In this document: positions 41,185 to 49,944 of the stretch, in pieces
Numbering within the stretch: position 1 is the stretch's first letter
Layout of the letters: each line of letters starts with the position of its first letter
Assembly (NCBI GenBank): GCA_964551765.1
Contig: CAZKEE010000001.1
Coordinates: 33,458 to 97,457 of the forward strand
DNA: 64,000 nt
Source of the DNA: an uncultured Gammaproteobacteria bacterium
GTDB lineage: Bacteria; Patescibacteriota; Patescibacteriia; 2-12-FULL-60-25
Direction: 5' to 3'
Notes under the pieces: generated by a model
Told to the model about the DNA's origin: nothing
The model's database searches: none
The model's input: only the letters and a program-made list of their open reading frames with translations
Made by a program: the position numbers and the translations under genes

Positions 41185-41553
41185 ATGGACGAAAACCCAC
41201 AGGCCGTCGAGCTCCACGTGTGCCGCGGCATGAACTCTTGTGCCGGCAAGGGCAAAGACGGTTCCGGTGCGATGGCCGGCGGCGGTTCTTGCGCCACCGC
41301 GTCCACCCATCATTGTGCCGGCAACAATGAATGCAAAGGCCAGGGCGGTTGCGGATATGGCTCTGCCGAGGTGCAGGAACATCCGGGCGAGAATGCGTGC
41401 AAAGGCCAGGGTGGGTGCGCCGTGCCCATCACGACCAATCTGAGCACCGATGGCACGAACAAGGACAAACCGGTGTGGGACCTGGCGCGCAAGTTGTTCG
41501 AGGCCCGCATGGCGAAGCAGGGCAAGGACGTGGCCCCAGCGCCAAAGGCATAA
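41185..41553 (+). CDS. Cys-rich bufferin-like RiPP precursor candidate (8 Cys; duplicated CKGQGGC cores), no signal peptide
   Basis: 122 aa. Cx5C/Cx7C units; [15 protein letters not shown] resembles DUF2282 cores (GHSCAG / AGKNDC). In-frame stop at 41119 and no alternative start upstream. Stop is 1 nt before the MNIO start. Confidence 0.6.
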   Translation: MDENPQAVELHVCRGMNSCAGKGKDGSGAMAGGGSCATASTHHCAGNNECKGQGGCGYGSAEVQEHPGENACKGQGGCAVPITTNLSTDGTNKDKPVWDLARKLFEARMAKQGKDVAPAPKA

Positions 41554-41554
41554 C

Positions 41555-42394
41555 ATGATCGCGCCACGGCTCGGCTTGCCGAACCTCGGCATCGGGGTCG
41601 GTTTGCGCATGCCGCATGTCCCGTATGTGCTCGAACATCGGCCGAAGGTCGAGTGGTTCGAGATCATCTCGGAGAACTTCATGGGCTCGCATGGACGGCC
41701 CATGAGCCAGCTCGACGAGGTCGCGGAGCGCTATCCCATCGTCTTGCATGGCGTCTCCCTCTCCATCGGGAGCACGGATGCCGTGGACCGCGGCTATCTC
41801 GCGGCGCTCAAGTCGCTCGCCACGCGCATGCGAACGCCGTGGGTCTCCGATCATCTCTGCTGGACGGGCGTGAACGGTCTCAATACGCATGATCTCTTGC
41901 CGCTCCCGTTCACTGAGGCGTCTTTGCGACATGTCATCGCGCGCGTGCGGATGGTGCAAGAGGTCCTCGAGCGGCCCCTCGTCCTCGAAAACCCCAGCAG
42001 CTATGTCGCCTTCGCGTCTTCGAGCATGGGCGAGGCCAAGTTCCTCTCGCGCCTCACCGAGGCCACGGGCTGCGGTCTGCTCCTCGACGTGAACAACGTG
42101 TATGTGACGAGCCGCAATCTTGGGCTCGACCCGCTCGCGTATCTCGACGCCTTGCCGCATGACCGCGTCGTGCAATACCACGTGGCGGGCCATACCGATG
42201 CCGGCACCCACCTCATCGATACCCACGATGCGCCGGTCTGTGATGCGGTGTGGGACCTCTATGGAAAAGCGCTCGCGCTCACCGGTCCAGTATCGACCCT
42301 TCTCGAATGGGATGCGAAGCTTCCCACCTTCCCCGAGCTTGTCGCCGAGGCCGACAAGGCGCGTCAGTATCACCGACATCCTGCCTATGCCTGA
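41555..42394 (+). CDS. DUF692 multinuclear non-heme iron oxidative enzyme (MNIO; MbnB/BufB-like)
   Basis: [56 protein letters not shown] and HVAGH family signatures. Confidence 0.8.
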   Translation: MIAPRLGLPNLGIGVGLRMPHVPYVLEHRPKVEWFEIISENFMGSHGRPMSQLDEVAERYPIVLHGVSLSIGSTDAVDRGYLAALKSLATRMRTPWVSDHLCWTGVNGLNTHDLLPLPFTEASLRHVIARVRMVQEVLERPLVLENPSSYVAFASSSMGEAKFLSRLTEATGCGLLLDVNNVYVTSRNLGLDPLAYLDALPHDRVVQYHVAGHTDAGTHLIDTHDAPVCDAVWDLYGKALALTGPVSTLLEWDAKLPTFPELVAEADKARQYHRHPAYA

Positions 42395-42989
42395 TCTGCA
42401 TGCCGTGCAAACCTGGATGTTCGACGCGATCACCCGTCCGCGCACCATCCTGCCCGATGAGATAGGGGAGCGTCTTCGCGGGTCGCCGACCCTTCCGCCA
42501 GCACGCGGCCTGGCCATCTATCAAGATGGATATGTCTCGCGTCTCGTCGAGTGCCTGGAAAAACAATTCCGCTTCCTGCACATGACGCTCGGCGATGAGG
42601 TCTTCGCGGCCTTCGCGCGCGACTATATTGCCGCCCATCCGCCGTCAAGCCATACCCTGGCCGATCTCGGCGCGCGTTTTCCCGACCATCTGCGGGAGAC
42701 GCGTCCGCCGAAAGAGGGGACATCACCCGATTGGCGCGACTTCCTCATCGACCTCGCCCGCTATGAACTGGCCTGGTCCGAGGTCTTTGATGCGCCGCAG
42801 GCGCAGGCCCTGCGAAAGCTCGCCTGCGACTATCCGGTGCATGCCTATGTGGACGCCTTGCGCCGTGACGCGACGACCGAGATGCCGGCCGCCCGACCGA
42901 CCTTGCTCGTCCTGGACCGCCCCGACCTGACCGTGCGCGTTCGCGAGCTGGAAGAACACGTGATACCATCGCGACACATCATATTATGA
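42387..42989 (+). CDS. DUF2063 partner protein (MbnC/BufC-like), short form
   Basis: 8-nt overlap with the MNIO gene. N-terminal [15 protein letters not shown] is typical of DUF2063. 200 aa, so likely the N-terminal domain only. Confidence 0.6.
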   Translation: MPDLHAVQTWMFDAITRPRTILPDEIGERLRGSPTLPPARGLAIYQDGYVSRLVECLEKQFRFLHMTLGDEVFAAFARDYIAAHPPSSHTLADLGARFPDHLRETRPPKEGTSPDWRDFLIDLARYELAWSEVFDAPQAQALRKLACDYPVHAYVDALRRDATTEMPAARPTLLVLDRPDLTVRVRELEEHVIPSRHIIL

Positions 42990-43375
42990 CCGACACACCC
43001 ATGAAGAAAGATGAAGAGCTCTCTCCCGAGCTCTATCGCGTGGCCCGCGCAAAGGGCACGGAACCGGCCTTCACCGGCGCTTATGTGAACGAACATGCGA
43101 AGGGGATGTATCACTGCGCGGTCTGCGGGGCCGAGCTGTTCTCGTCCGACACCAAGTTCGATTCCGGCACGGGATGGCCGAGCTTCACCGAGCCCGCCAA
43201 TCTCGCCAATGTCGAGCTCCATGACGACGACAGCCTGGGCATGCGGCGCACCGAGGTGACCTGCAAAAAATGCGGCGCGCATCTGGGACATGTCTTCGAT
43301 GACGGCCCGAGCGACAAGGGCGGCAAGCGCTATTGCATCAATTCCGTGTGTCTTGCGCTGAAAAAGCAAGAATAG
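42986..43375 (+). CDS. msrB: Peptide-methionine (R)-S-oxide reductase MsrB (cytoplasmic), translationally coupled to the MNIO operon
   Basis: ATGA overlap with DUF2063 stop. HCAVCG...[16 protein letters not shown]...RYCIN SelR motifs. Confidence 0.85.
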   Translation: MTDTPMKKDEELSPELYRVARAKGTEPAFTGAYVNEHAKGMYHCAVCGAELFSSDTKFDSGTGWPSFTEPANLANVELHDDDSLGMRRTEVTCKKCGAHLGHVFDDGPSDKGGKRYCINSVCLALKKQE

Positions 43376-43413
43376 ATTGTCCCGGAAGGTCTTGCATGCT
43401 ACGGTGAACATCC

Positions 43414-43980
43414 ATGGAGATCACGGATTCCCATCTCATCAAGGCGCATCTCGCGGGGGAAAAGGGCGCGTTCGACATCCTCGTCGCGCGGTATCTGCGT
43501 GCCGTGCATGCCGTGGCATTCCACTATGCCAAGAACCGCGCGGATGCCGAGGACATCGCGCAAGAGACCTTTCTCAAGGTATGGCGCCATCTGCAGCGCT
43601 TTGACACGGACAAGAACTTCAAGCCGTGGGTCTTGCAGATCACCAAGAACCAGGCCTTGGACCATCTCAAAAAGAAACGTCCGATGACGTTCTCGTCCAT
43701 CGAACAAGAGGACGTGGACCTGCTCGACCTCATCCCGGACACCTCCCCTTTGCCGGACGCATTGGCAAGACGCGCCGAAGAGATCGGCGGCCTGCGCGAG
43801 ACCCTGGACGGGCTGCCGGCGTCTGACAGAAAATTGCTTTTTTTCCGCTATATGAAGGGATTTTCCTTCAAAGAGATCGCGGAAGAGCTTGGTGAGGTCC
43901 TGGATACCGTCAAAAGCCGCCATCGCCGCCTCTTGCTGAAGCTCCGCAAAGAACTGCTCAATGCGGCCCCGTGGTCCTGA
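43414..43980 (+). CDS. ECF-type RNA polymerase sigma factor
   Basis: Sigma-70 region 2 (DAEDIAQETFLKVWRH) and region 4 (LLFFRYMKGFSFKEIAEELG). Confidence 0.85.
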   Translation: MEITDSHLIKAHLAGEKGAFDILVARYLRAVHAVAFHYAKNRADAEDIAQETFLKVWRHLQRFDTDKNFKPWVLQITKNQALDHLKKKRPMTFSSIEQEDVDLLDLIPDTSPLPDALARRAEEIGGLRETLDGLPASDRKLLFFRYMKGFSFKEIAEELGEVLDTVKSRHRRLLLKLRKELLNAAPWS

Positions 43981-44405
43981 AAAACACGCACCGAAACGGA
44001 CCCGACCCTCGTAATGAGGGTATGGTGAGTTTGCCCGATACTGCGCCCCGCGAAGGCCTGCTCCAAGAGATCTTGGCCGCGGTGGAACGTCAAGAACAGA
44101 CCCGCGCCGCCCGAAGGCGTTTTTGGGGGTTCCTGTTCCTGTGCGGCGCATCGCTTTGGGCGGTCATCTCGATGTCCATGGCCTTGGCCGCCGACCTGCG
44201 GCATTCCGGCTTTTTGGCCTTTGCCTCTTTGCTCTTCACGAACGGCGGTGACGTGCTCGCCAATTGGCGGGAGTTCTCTTATTCCTTGCTCGAGTCCTTG
44301 CCGGTCACCGAGCTCATCCTGACCTTGGGTCTCGGTCTCGCGGGCATGTATGCCTCGCGCTCGCTCCTGACCCGTCATGAACGCCTATGGACCCCCAACG
44401 CATAG
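43971..44405 (+). CDS. Putative membrane anti-sigma factor
   Basis: Overlaps the sigma gene stop. Cytoplasmic N-segment then TM helices. GTG start at 43971 or ATG at 44022. Confidence 0.45.
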   Translation: MVLKNTHRNGPDPRNEGMVSLPDTAPREGLLQEILAAVERQEQTRAARRRFWGFLFLCGASLWAVISMSMALAADLRHSGFLAFASLLFTNGGDVLANWREFSYSLLESLPVTELILTLGLGLAGMYASRSLLTRHERLWTPNA

Positions 44406-44836
44406 ATCGCCTCAAGACCGTGATGCTCACCTTGGCCGGCGTCATCGCCGTGCTTGCCGTGTTCCAGACCGGCGTCTTCGTCGGCTATCGCAAGGCGGCG
44501 TATTCCTGCCATTGGGGCGAACATCGTCGCCCGTTCTTCGAGCCGCGCATGGGGTTCATGGGTCCGCCTCCCGGTCCTCCCGGCGACGGTCCGGGGCGCG
44601 ACGCCTACATGGGCGGGCATGGCCTCGAAGGCACCGTCACCAAGATCGACGGAGATTCCCTCATCGTCACGGACCTCGACGGCGATGAGCGCACCGTCGT
44701 CATGGCGACGGGCACGGCGGTCAAACCCTCGGACAGCGACATGAGCACGGGCAGCCACGTGGTCATCCTGGGCGCGCCGGACGATGTCGGGAACATCGAG
44801 GCCCGCTTCATACGCATCACCCCATCGACACATTGA
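44387..44836 (+). CDS. DUF5666-like membrane-anchored beta-domain protein, paralogue 1
   Basis: N-terminal TM, Gly/Pro linker, GTVTKIDGDSLIVTDLDGDERTVVMATGTAV beta-rich domain. Overlaps the anti-sigma gene. Confidence 0.5.
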   Translation: MDPQRIDRLKTVMLTLAGVIAVLAVFQTGVFVGYRKAAYSCHWGEHRRPFFEPRMGFMGPPPGPPGDGPGRDAYMGGHGLEGTVTKIDGDSLIVTDLDGDERTVVMATGTAVKPSDSDMSTGSHVVILGAPDDVGNIEARFIRITPSTH

Positions 44837-44839
44837 CCT

Positions 44840-46750
44840 ATGCACCTTCCACGCATGTTCACGACCAAGCGCCTGATCGCCGTCCTCCTCTTGGGCGGCG
44901 CCGTGGCGGGCGTCCTCGTCTACAGGAACTCGACCGCCGTCACGACCAAGCCGACCTATGTGACCGCGCAGCCCTCGCGCGGCCTGCTCATCGTGTCCTT
45001 GAACGGCGCGGGCCAAGTGGCGTCGGAGAGCCGCGTCGACATCAAGCCCAAGGTCTCGGGCGACCTGCTCGCCATGAAGGTCGCGCCGGGGCAGCTCGTC
45101 AAGAAAGGCGATGTCATCGCTGAGATAGACAAGACGGCCGCGCTCAAGACCGTGCGCGATGCCGAGATCTCCCTCGCCTCGGCCAAGCTCTCCTTGTCCA
45201 AGCTCAAGCAGCCTCCCACCACGTCCAGCCTCATCGCGGCAAAGAACGCCGTGAGCGCGGCCGAACGAAATCTCCAGAACGCGCAGGCCACGGCGGCCGC
45301 GAACCTGCAGCAGGCCCAGGACCAAGTGGACGCGGCCGTGCGCAATACCCAGCTCTCTTCCGACGGCGTGACGCCGCAAGTGGTGCGGAACGTCTATGAC
45401 AACAGCGCGTCGGTCTATATCGCCGCCATGCAGACCACGGCGAACGCGGTGCATGACACGGACGGCATGGACTATAATCCGGACCTGTACTCGACCTTGG
45501 ACCCCACGCGCCGCGCCACCTTCGTGAGCGCATACCAAGCGGCCATCGCCGCGCGCGACGAGGCGATCAAACTGACCACGGCCTTGGCCATACAGAACGA
45601 GAAGATCGAGAACCTCGATGCCGCCAAGGACAAGGTCTCCTTCGCCATGGAAAAGACCATGGTGCTTTTGGGCGCGGCGGCCGATGCCTTGCAGACGACC
45701 ATCGCCTCGACCGGGCTTTCGCAGAGCGCCCTGGACCAGTTGAAGAGCGCGATACAGAGCGATCGCACCAATGTCGCGTCCAAGCAGGCGTCCATCCTGT
45801 CGCAGCAGCAGACCATCATCCAGGCCAAGAACGCCTATGCGGATTCCGGCGCCCAGTTGGCGCAGGCACAATCGACCTTGCAGCGCTTGCAGCAGGGCGG
45901 CGCGGACAAGGACGTCAAAGACGCGCAGGAGCGTTTGAACGAGGCCACGCAACAATTGAAAGACCTGCAAGCGGGACCCATGAGCATAGACGTCTCGCTC
46001 TCACAGAACACCATAGACAGCCGCGCGGCCACGCTTTCGGACGCCTTGGCCGCGCTCGCGGATTACACGGTGTATGCGCCGTTCGACGGCACCATCGCCG
46101 TGGCCGCTCCCTTGCCGGGAGACCCGATGGGCCCGAGCACCGTCGTCGCGACCATCGTGGGCAAGCAGCAGCTCGCGCAGATCACCTTGAACGAGGTGGA
46201 CGCGGCCAAGGTCAAGGTCGGTCAAAAGGCGACCGTGGCCTTCGATGCCATCCCTGACCTGACCATCAGCGGCGTGGTGCAATCCATCGATACCTTGGGC
46301 ACGGTCTCGCAGGGCGTCGTGAGCTATGCCGTCAAGATCAGCTTCGACACCCAGGACGAACGCGTGCGGCCCGGCATGAGCGTGAGCGCATCCATCATCA
46401 CGGATTCCAAAGCGGATGCGCTGACCGTGCCTTCGAGCGCGGTCAAGGCCGCGGGCGCGGGATCGTATGTCGACGTGCTCGACACGGTGCCCGCCGATGC
46501 GACCGGACCCGTCGAAGGGACCCCGCGCCGCGTCACGGTGCAGACCGGCCTCGCGAACGACAGCCAAACGGAGATCACGAACGGCCTCACGGGCACCGAG
46601 AACGTGGTCGTGCAGACCATACAACCCAAGACCGGCACGACCGCGACGACCCAGAACACCAATGCCTTACGCGCCCTCACGGGCGGCGGGGGAGGGGGTG
46701 GAGGAGGGAACTTCCGTTTCGGCGGGGGAGGCGCGGCGGGCGGACGCTGA
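44840..46750 (+). CDS. HlyD/MacA-family periplasmic adaptor (membrane fusion protein) with poly-Gly C-terminal tail
   Basis: N-terminal TM, long coiled-coil, beta-barrel/lipoyl-like C-domain. Ends in GGGGGGGGGNFRFGGGGAAGGR. Confidence 0.75.
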   Translation: MHLPRMFTTKRLIAVLLLGGAVAGVLVYRNSTAVTTKPTYVTAQPSRGLLIVSLNGAGQVASESRVDIKPKVSGDLLAMKVAPGQLVKKGDVIAEIDKTAALKTVRDAEISLASAKLSLSKLKQPPTTSSLIAAKNAVSAAERNLQNAQATAAANLQQAQDQVDAAVRNTQLSSDGVTPQVVRNVYDNSASVYIAAMQTTANAVHDTDGMDYNPDLYSTLDPTRRATFVSAYQAAIAARDEAIKLTTALAIQNEKIENLDAAKDKVSFAMEKTMVLLGAAADALQTTIASTGLSQSALDQLKSAIQSDRTNVASKQASILSQQQTIIQAKNAYADSGAQLAQAQSTLQRLQQGGADKDVKDAQERLNEATQQLKDLQAGPMSIDVSLSQNTIDSRAATLSDALAALADYTVYAPFDGTIAVAAPLPGDPMGPSTVVATIVGKQQLAQITLNEVDAAKVKVGQKATVAFDAIPDLTISGVVQSIDTLGTVSQGVVSYAVKISFDTQDERVRPGMSVSASIITDSKADALTVPSSAVKAAGAGSYVDVLDTVPADATGPVEGTPRRVTVQTGLANDSQTEITNGLTGTENVVVQTIQPKTGTTATTQNTNALRALTGGGGGGGGGNFRFGGGGAAGGR

Positions 46751-46756
46751 TCGCCT

Positions 46757-47458
46757 ATGGTGATGATAGAGGTGGACAATGTCACCAAGTCGTACACGAC
46801 GGGCGACGGCACGGAGTTCCAGGCCCTGAAGGGGATCTCGTTGAAAGTGGCCAAAGGAGATTTCGTGGCCATCATGGGGCCTTCGGGTTCCGGCAAATCC
46901 ACCCTCATGCATATCCTCGGCGCGCTCGACACGCCCACCACGGGCCGCTATTTCCTCGACGGCAAGGATGTCTCCCGGATGCGCGAGGACGAGCTCGCCG
47001 TGGTCCGCAGGGAGCGGATCGGGTACGTGTTCCAGTCCTTCAACCTCTTGCCGCGCACCACGGTACTGCGCAATGTCTCTTTGCCGCTCATGTACAAGGG
47101 CGTGCCGCGACATGAACGCATGGAGCGTGCCATCAAGGCCTTGCACGCCGCGGGCATGGAAGAGGCGAAGTTCTTCAACCTCTCGAACCAGCTCTCCGGC
47201 GGGCAGATGCAGCGCGTGGCCATTGCCCGCGCGCTCGTGAACGATCCGGCCATCATCCTGGCGGACGAACCGACCGGCAATCTCGACACCAAGACCGGCG
47301 AGTTCATCATGGGCACGTTCCAACGCCTCAATGACGAAGGCCATACCATCGTGCTCATCACGCATGAACGCGACGTGGCCGAACATGCCAAACGCATCTT
47401 CGTGCTGCGCGACGGCGTGGTGCAGCAGGAGGTACAAGGGAAATATGAACGTCACTGA
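46757..47458 (+). CDS. ABC transporter ATP-binding protein, MacB/LolD type
   Basis: GPSGSGKST Walker A, LSGGQMQRVAIARAL signature, and ILADEPTGNLD. Confidence 0.85.
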   Translation: MVMIEVDNVTKSYTTGDGTEFQALKGISLKVAKGDFVAIMGPSGSGKSTLMHILGALDTPTTGRYFLDGKDVSRMREDELAVVRRERIGYVFQSFNLLPRTTVLRNVSLPLMYKGVPRHERMERAIKALHAAGMEEAKFFNLSNQLSGGQMQRVAIARALVNDPAIILADEPTGNLDTKTGEFIMGTFQRLNDEGHTIVLITHERDVAEHAKRIFVLRDGVVQQEVQGKYERH

Positions 47459-48668
47459 TCTCGCGGAAGAGACCTATTTGGCGCTGTCCTCGAACAAGGT
47501 GCGCTCGGCCTTGACCATGCTCGGCATCGTCATCGGCATCGCGTCCGTCATCGCCATGGTGGCCATCGGCCAGGGCGCGCAGGCCGGCATACAGGCGAGC
47601 ATACAATCCGTCGGGTCCAACTTGGTCCTGGTCCTGCCGGGCGCGCAACGCGGCGTGGGCGTGCAGGTCAGCGCGGGACGCGGGTCGGCACAGACCCTGA
47701 CCCAGGGCGACGCGGACGCCATCGCGTCCTCGGTCCAGTCGCTCGCCGGCGTCGCACCCGAGCTCACGCGCCGCTATCAAGTGACGGCCAAGGGGACCAA
47801 TACCAATACCTCGGTCATCGGCACGACGCCGGACTATCCGGCGGTGCGCAATGTGCAGATCGACCAAGGGCGTTTCATCACGGACCAGGACCTGCGCTCG
47901 CTCGGCCGCGTGGCCGTGATCGGGCCCACGGCGCGCGATGACCTTTTTGGCGCGGACGCCCAGGCCATCGGCCAGATCATCAAGGTGAACAATATCGAGC
48001 TCCGCGTGGTCGGCATCACGGTGGCCAAGGGCGGCTCCGGCTTCAACAATCCGGATGATGCCATCTATATCCCGCTCGCCAGCGCGCAAAAGCTCTTGGC
48101 CGGGTCCTCCTTCGTCTCGACCATCAGCGTGGCCGCCTCGAGCCAGGACGCGATGTCCGCGGTGCAGGCCCAGGTGACGGCGCTCTTGCTCGCGCGCCAT
48201 AACATCTCGGACCCGGCCATGGCAGATTTCAACGTGCTCAACCAGGCGGACATCGTGGCCACGGCCTCGAGCGTCGCGAACACCTTCACCGTCCTGCTCG
48301 CCTCCATCGCCGGCATCTCCTTGCTCGTCGGCGGCATCGGCATCATGAACATGATGCTGACCTCGGTCACCGAGCGCACACGCGAGATCGGTCTGCGCAA
48401 GGCCATCGGCGCGCAACGCGAGGACATCACTTTGCAGTTCCTGACCGAGGCCGTGGCCCTGACCTTTTTAGGCGGGCTCATCGGGGTGATGCTCGGCCTG
48501 GGCGTCTCTTGGGGCGTGACGAAGTTCGCAGGCATCGCGAGCCAGGTCTCCCTCGGGTCCATCGCCCTGGCCTTCGGCGTCTCGGCCGGCATCGGCGTGC
48601 TGTTCGGGTATTATCCCGCCCAACGCGCGGCACGGCTCAACCCCATCGAGGCTTTGCGCTATGAATAG
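47445..48668 (+). CDS. ABC transporter permease, FtsX/MacB type
   Basis: N-terminal TM, large periplasmic domain, and three C-terminal TM helices of the FtsX fold. 14-nt overlap with the ATPase gene. Confidence 0.8.
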   Translation: MNVTDLAEETYLALSSNKVRSALTMLGIVIGIASVIAMVAIGQGAQAGIQASIQSVGSNLVLVLPGAQRGVGVQVSAGRGSAQTLTQGDADAIASSVQSLAGVAPELTRRYQVTAKGTNTNTSVIGTTPDYPAVRNVQIDQGRFITDQDLRSLGRVAVIGPTARDDLFGADAQAIGQIIKVNNIELRVVGITVAKGGSGFNNPDDAIYIPLASAQKLLAGSSFVSTISVAASSQDAMSAVQAQVTALLLARHNISDPAMADFNVLNQADIVATASSVANTFTVLLASIAGISLLVGGIGIMNMMLTSVTERTREIGLRKAIGAQREDITLQFLTEAVALTFLGGLIGVMLGLGVSWGVTKFAGIASQVSLGSIALAFGVSAGIGVLFGYYPAQRAARLNPIEALRYE

Positions 48669-48711
48669 GCCAGTGCACCAAGACCTTCCGTTCCAACGTA
48701 TATAAAAATAT

Positions 48712-49185
48712 ATGTCACATCCTCTCAGCAAGAACCATCTCCTCATCACGGCCCTGGCCTGCGTCGCGGTCGGCGGGGCGTCCTTCTACGGCGGCATGCT
48801 CTATGGCAAGGCAGGCAGCCCTCAAGGAGGGGACCGCGGCGGTCGCGGACAGTTCGCGGGCGGTCCCGGTGGGCGGCAAGGCGGCTTCGCGCGGGGCGCG
48901 AACGGCGGTTTCGTCGGCGGGACCGTCATCTCGAAGGATGACAAGAGCCTCACCGTGGAGCAGCGCAACAATGGCTCCAAGATCGTCTTCTTCACGGACA
49001 AGACCCAGACCATGAGGTCCGTGACGGGAACGCTCGACGACGTGGCCGTGGGCGCGACCATCATGGTCCAAGGCTCGGCCAATCCCGATGGGAGCGTGAC
49101 CGCGGAATCCATCCAAATACGACCGTCCATGCCTCCCGGACAAGACCGCGGACCGGGGCCGCAGGCCACGAGCACGACGAAATAG
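48712..49185 (+). CDS. DUF5666-like membrane-anchored beta-domain protein, paralogue 2
   Basis: TM then GGDRGGRGQFAGGPGG linker, then VISKDDKSLTVEQRNNGSKIVFFTDKT beta domain. Same architecture as 44387..44836. Confidence 0.5.
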   Translation: MSHPLSKNHLLITALACVAVGGASFYGGMLYGKAGSPQGGDRGGRGQFAGGPGGRQGGFARGANGGFVGGTVISKDDKSLTVEQRNNGSKIVFFTDKTQTMRSVTGTLDDVAVGATIMVQGSANPDGSVTAESIQIRPSMPPGQDRGPGPQATSTTK

Positions 49186-49232
49186 CATCACGAAAAGAGG
49201 CCGACCGGCCTCTTTTCCTATATACTCGTCCC

Positions 49233-49895
49233 ATGTGCTTTTCCGCGACGGCGAGTTTCACCGCGAGCGCCGCGCTCGGCGCGGGCGGGCTCATCATCTT
49301 GCACAAGGTGAAAAGGCAGGAAGAGCGGCCGCTCGCCGCCATCCCGCTCATCTTCGCGGCGCATCAGGCCATCGAAGGCCTGATCTGGACCCATCTTGGC
49401 GACCCGGTCATCAACCATTATCTCGCCATGGCCTATGTCGCCATCGCGGGCGGCTTGTGGCCCATCCTGCTCCCCGCCGCGCTCTCCTTCATCGAACCGT
49501 CCTTCATGCGTCGGACCTTTTTGCGCCTTTTGGGCGTGCTCGGCCTCGGCTTGGGCGCATGGACCATGGGACAGTCTTTCCTCATCCATGTCACGGCGCA
49601 AGTGTGGCAGAGCTGCTTGGTCTATCAGCCGCTCGTGCCTGGCGAGATCTACTATGGCGTGTACGTGCTCATCGTGTGCGGCAGCTGCATCGCCTCGAGC
49701 CATCAATTGATGCGCCTCTTCGGCGTGGGCCTGGTCTTTTCCTTCCTCGCCGCCTATACGATGAACTTCTATGCGGGCGCCTCGGTGTGGTGCTTCTTCG
49801 CGGCCATCTTGAGCGGCATCATCTATCTCCAGGTGTCCCATGCGCCCGTGAAAGAGCTGCGCAAGGCCTTGAACGCCCCGCTTGCGGGCCTCTGA
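49233..49895 (+). CDS. Polytopic membrane protein, unknown function
   Basis: Six predicted TM helices. Several conserved-looking His/Cys residues. Confidence 0.4.
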   Translation: MCFSATASFTASAALGAGGLIILHKVKRQEERPLAAIPLIFAAHQAIEGLIWTHLGDPVINHYLAMAYVAIAGGLWPILLPAALSFIEPSFMRRTFLRLLGVLGLGLGAWTMGQSFLIHVTAQVWQSCLVYQPLVPGEIYYGVYVLIVCGSCIASSHQLMRLFGVGLVFSFLAAYTMNFYAGASVWCFFAAILSGIIYLQVSHAPVKELRKALNAPLAGL

Positions 49896-49944
49896 CGGAA
49901 GGGCTAACCTGGCGCTGCACATTCGCCAGCAAAGGAGGCGGACC

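Noticed and set aside
39853-41703. 616-aa ORF extending the HI0933-family gene upstream
   Set aside because: The conserved N-terminus MKIAIVGGG begins at 41088. The extension is antisense to the MNIO precursor region and has junk composition.
46681-46745. G-rich near-homopolymeric tract, considered as a repeat or CRISPR-like element
   Set aside because: It is in-frame Gly codons at the HlyD C-terminus. No spacer-repeat periodicity anywhere in the window.
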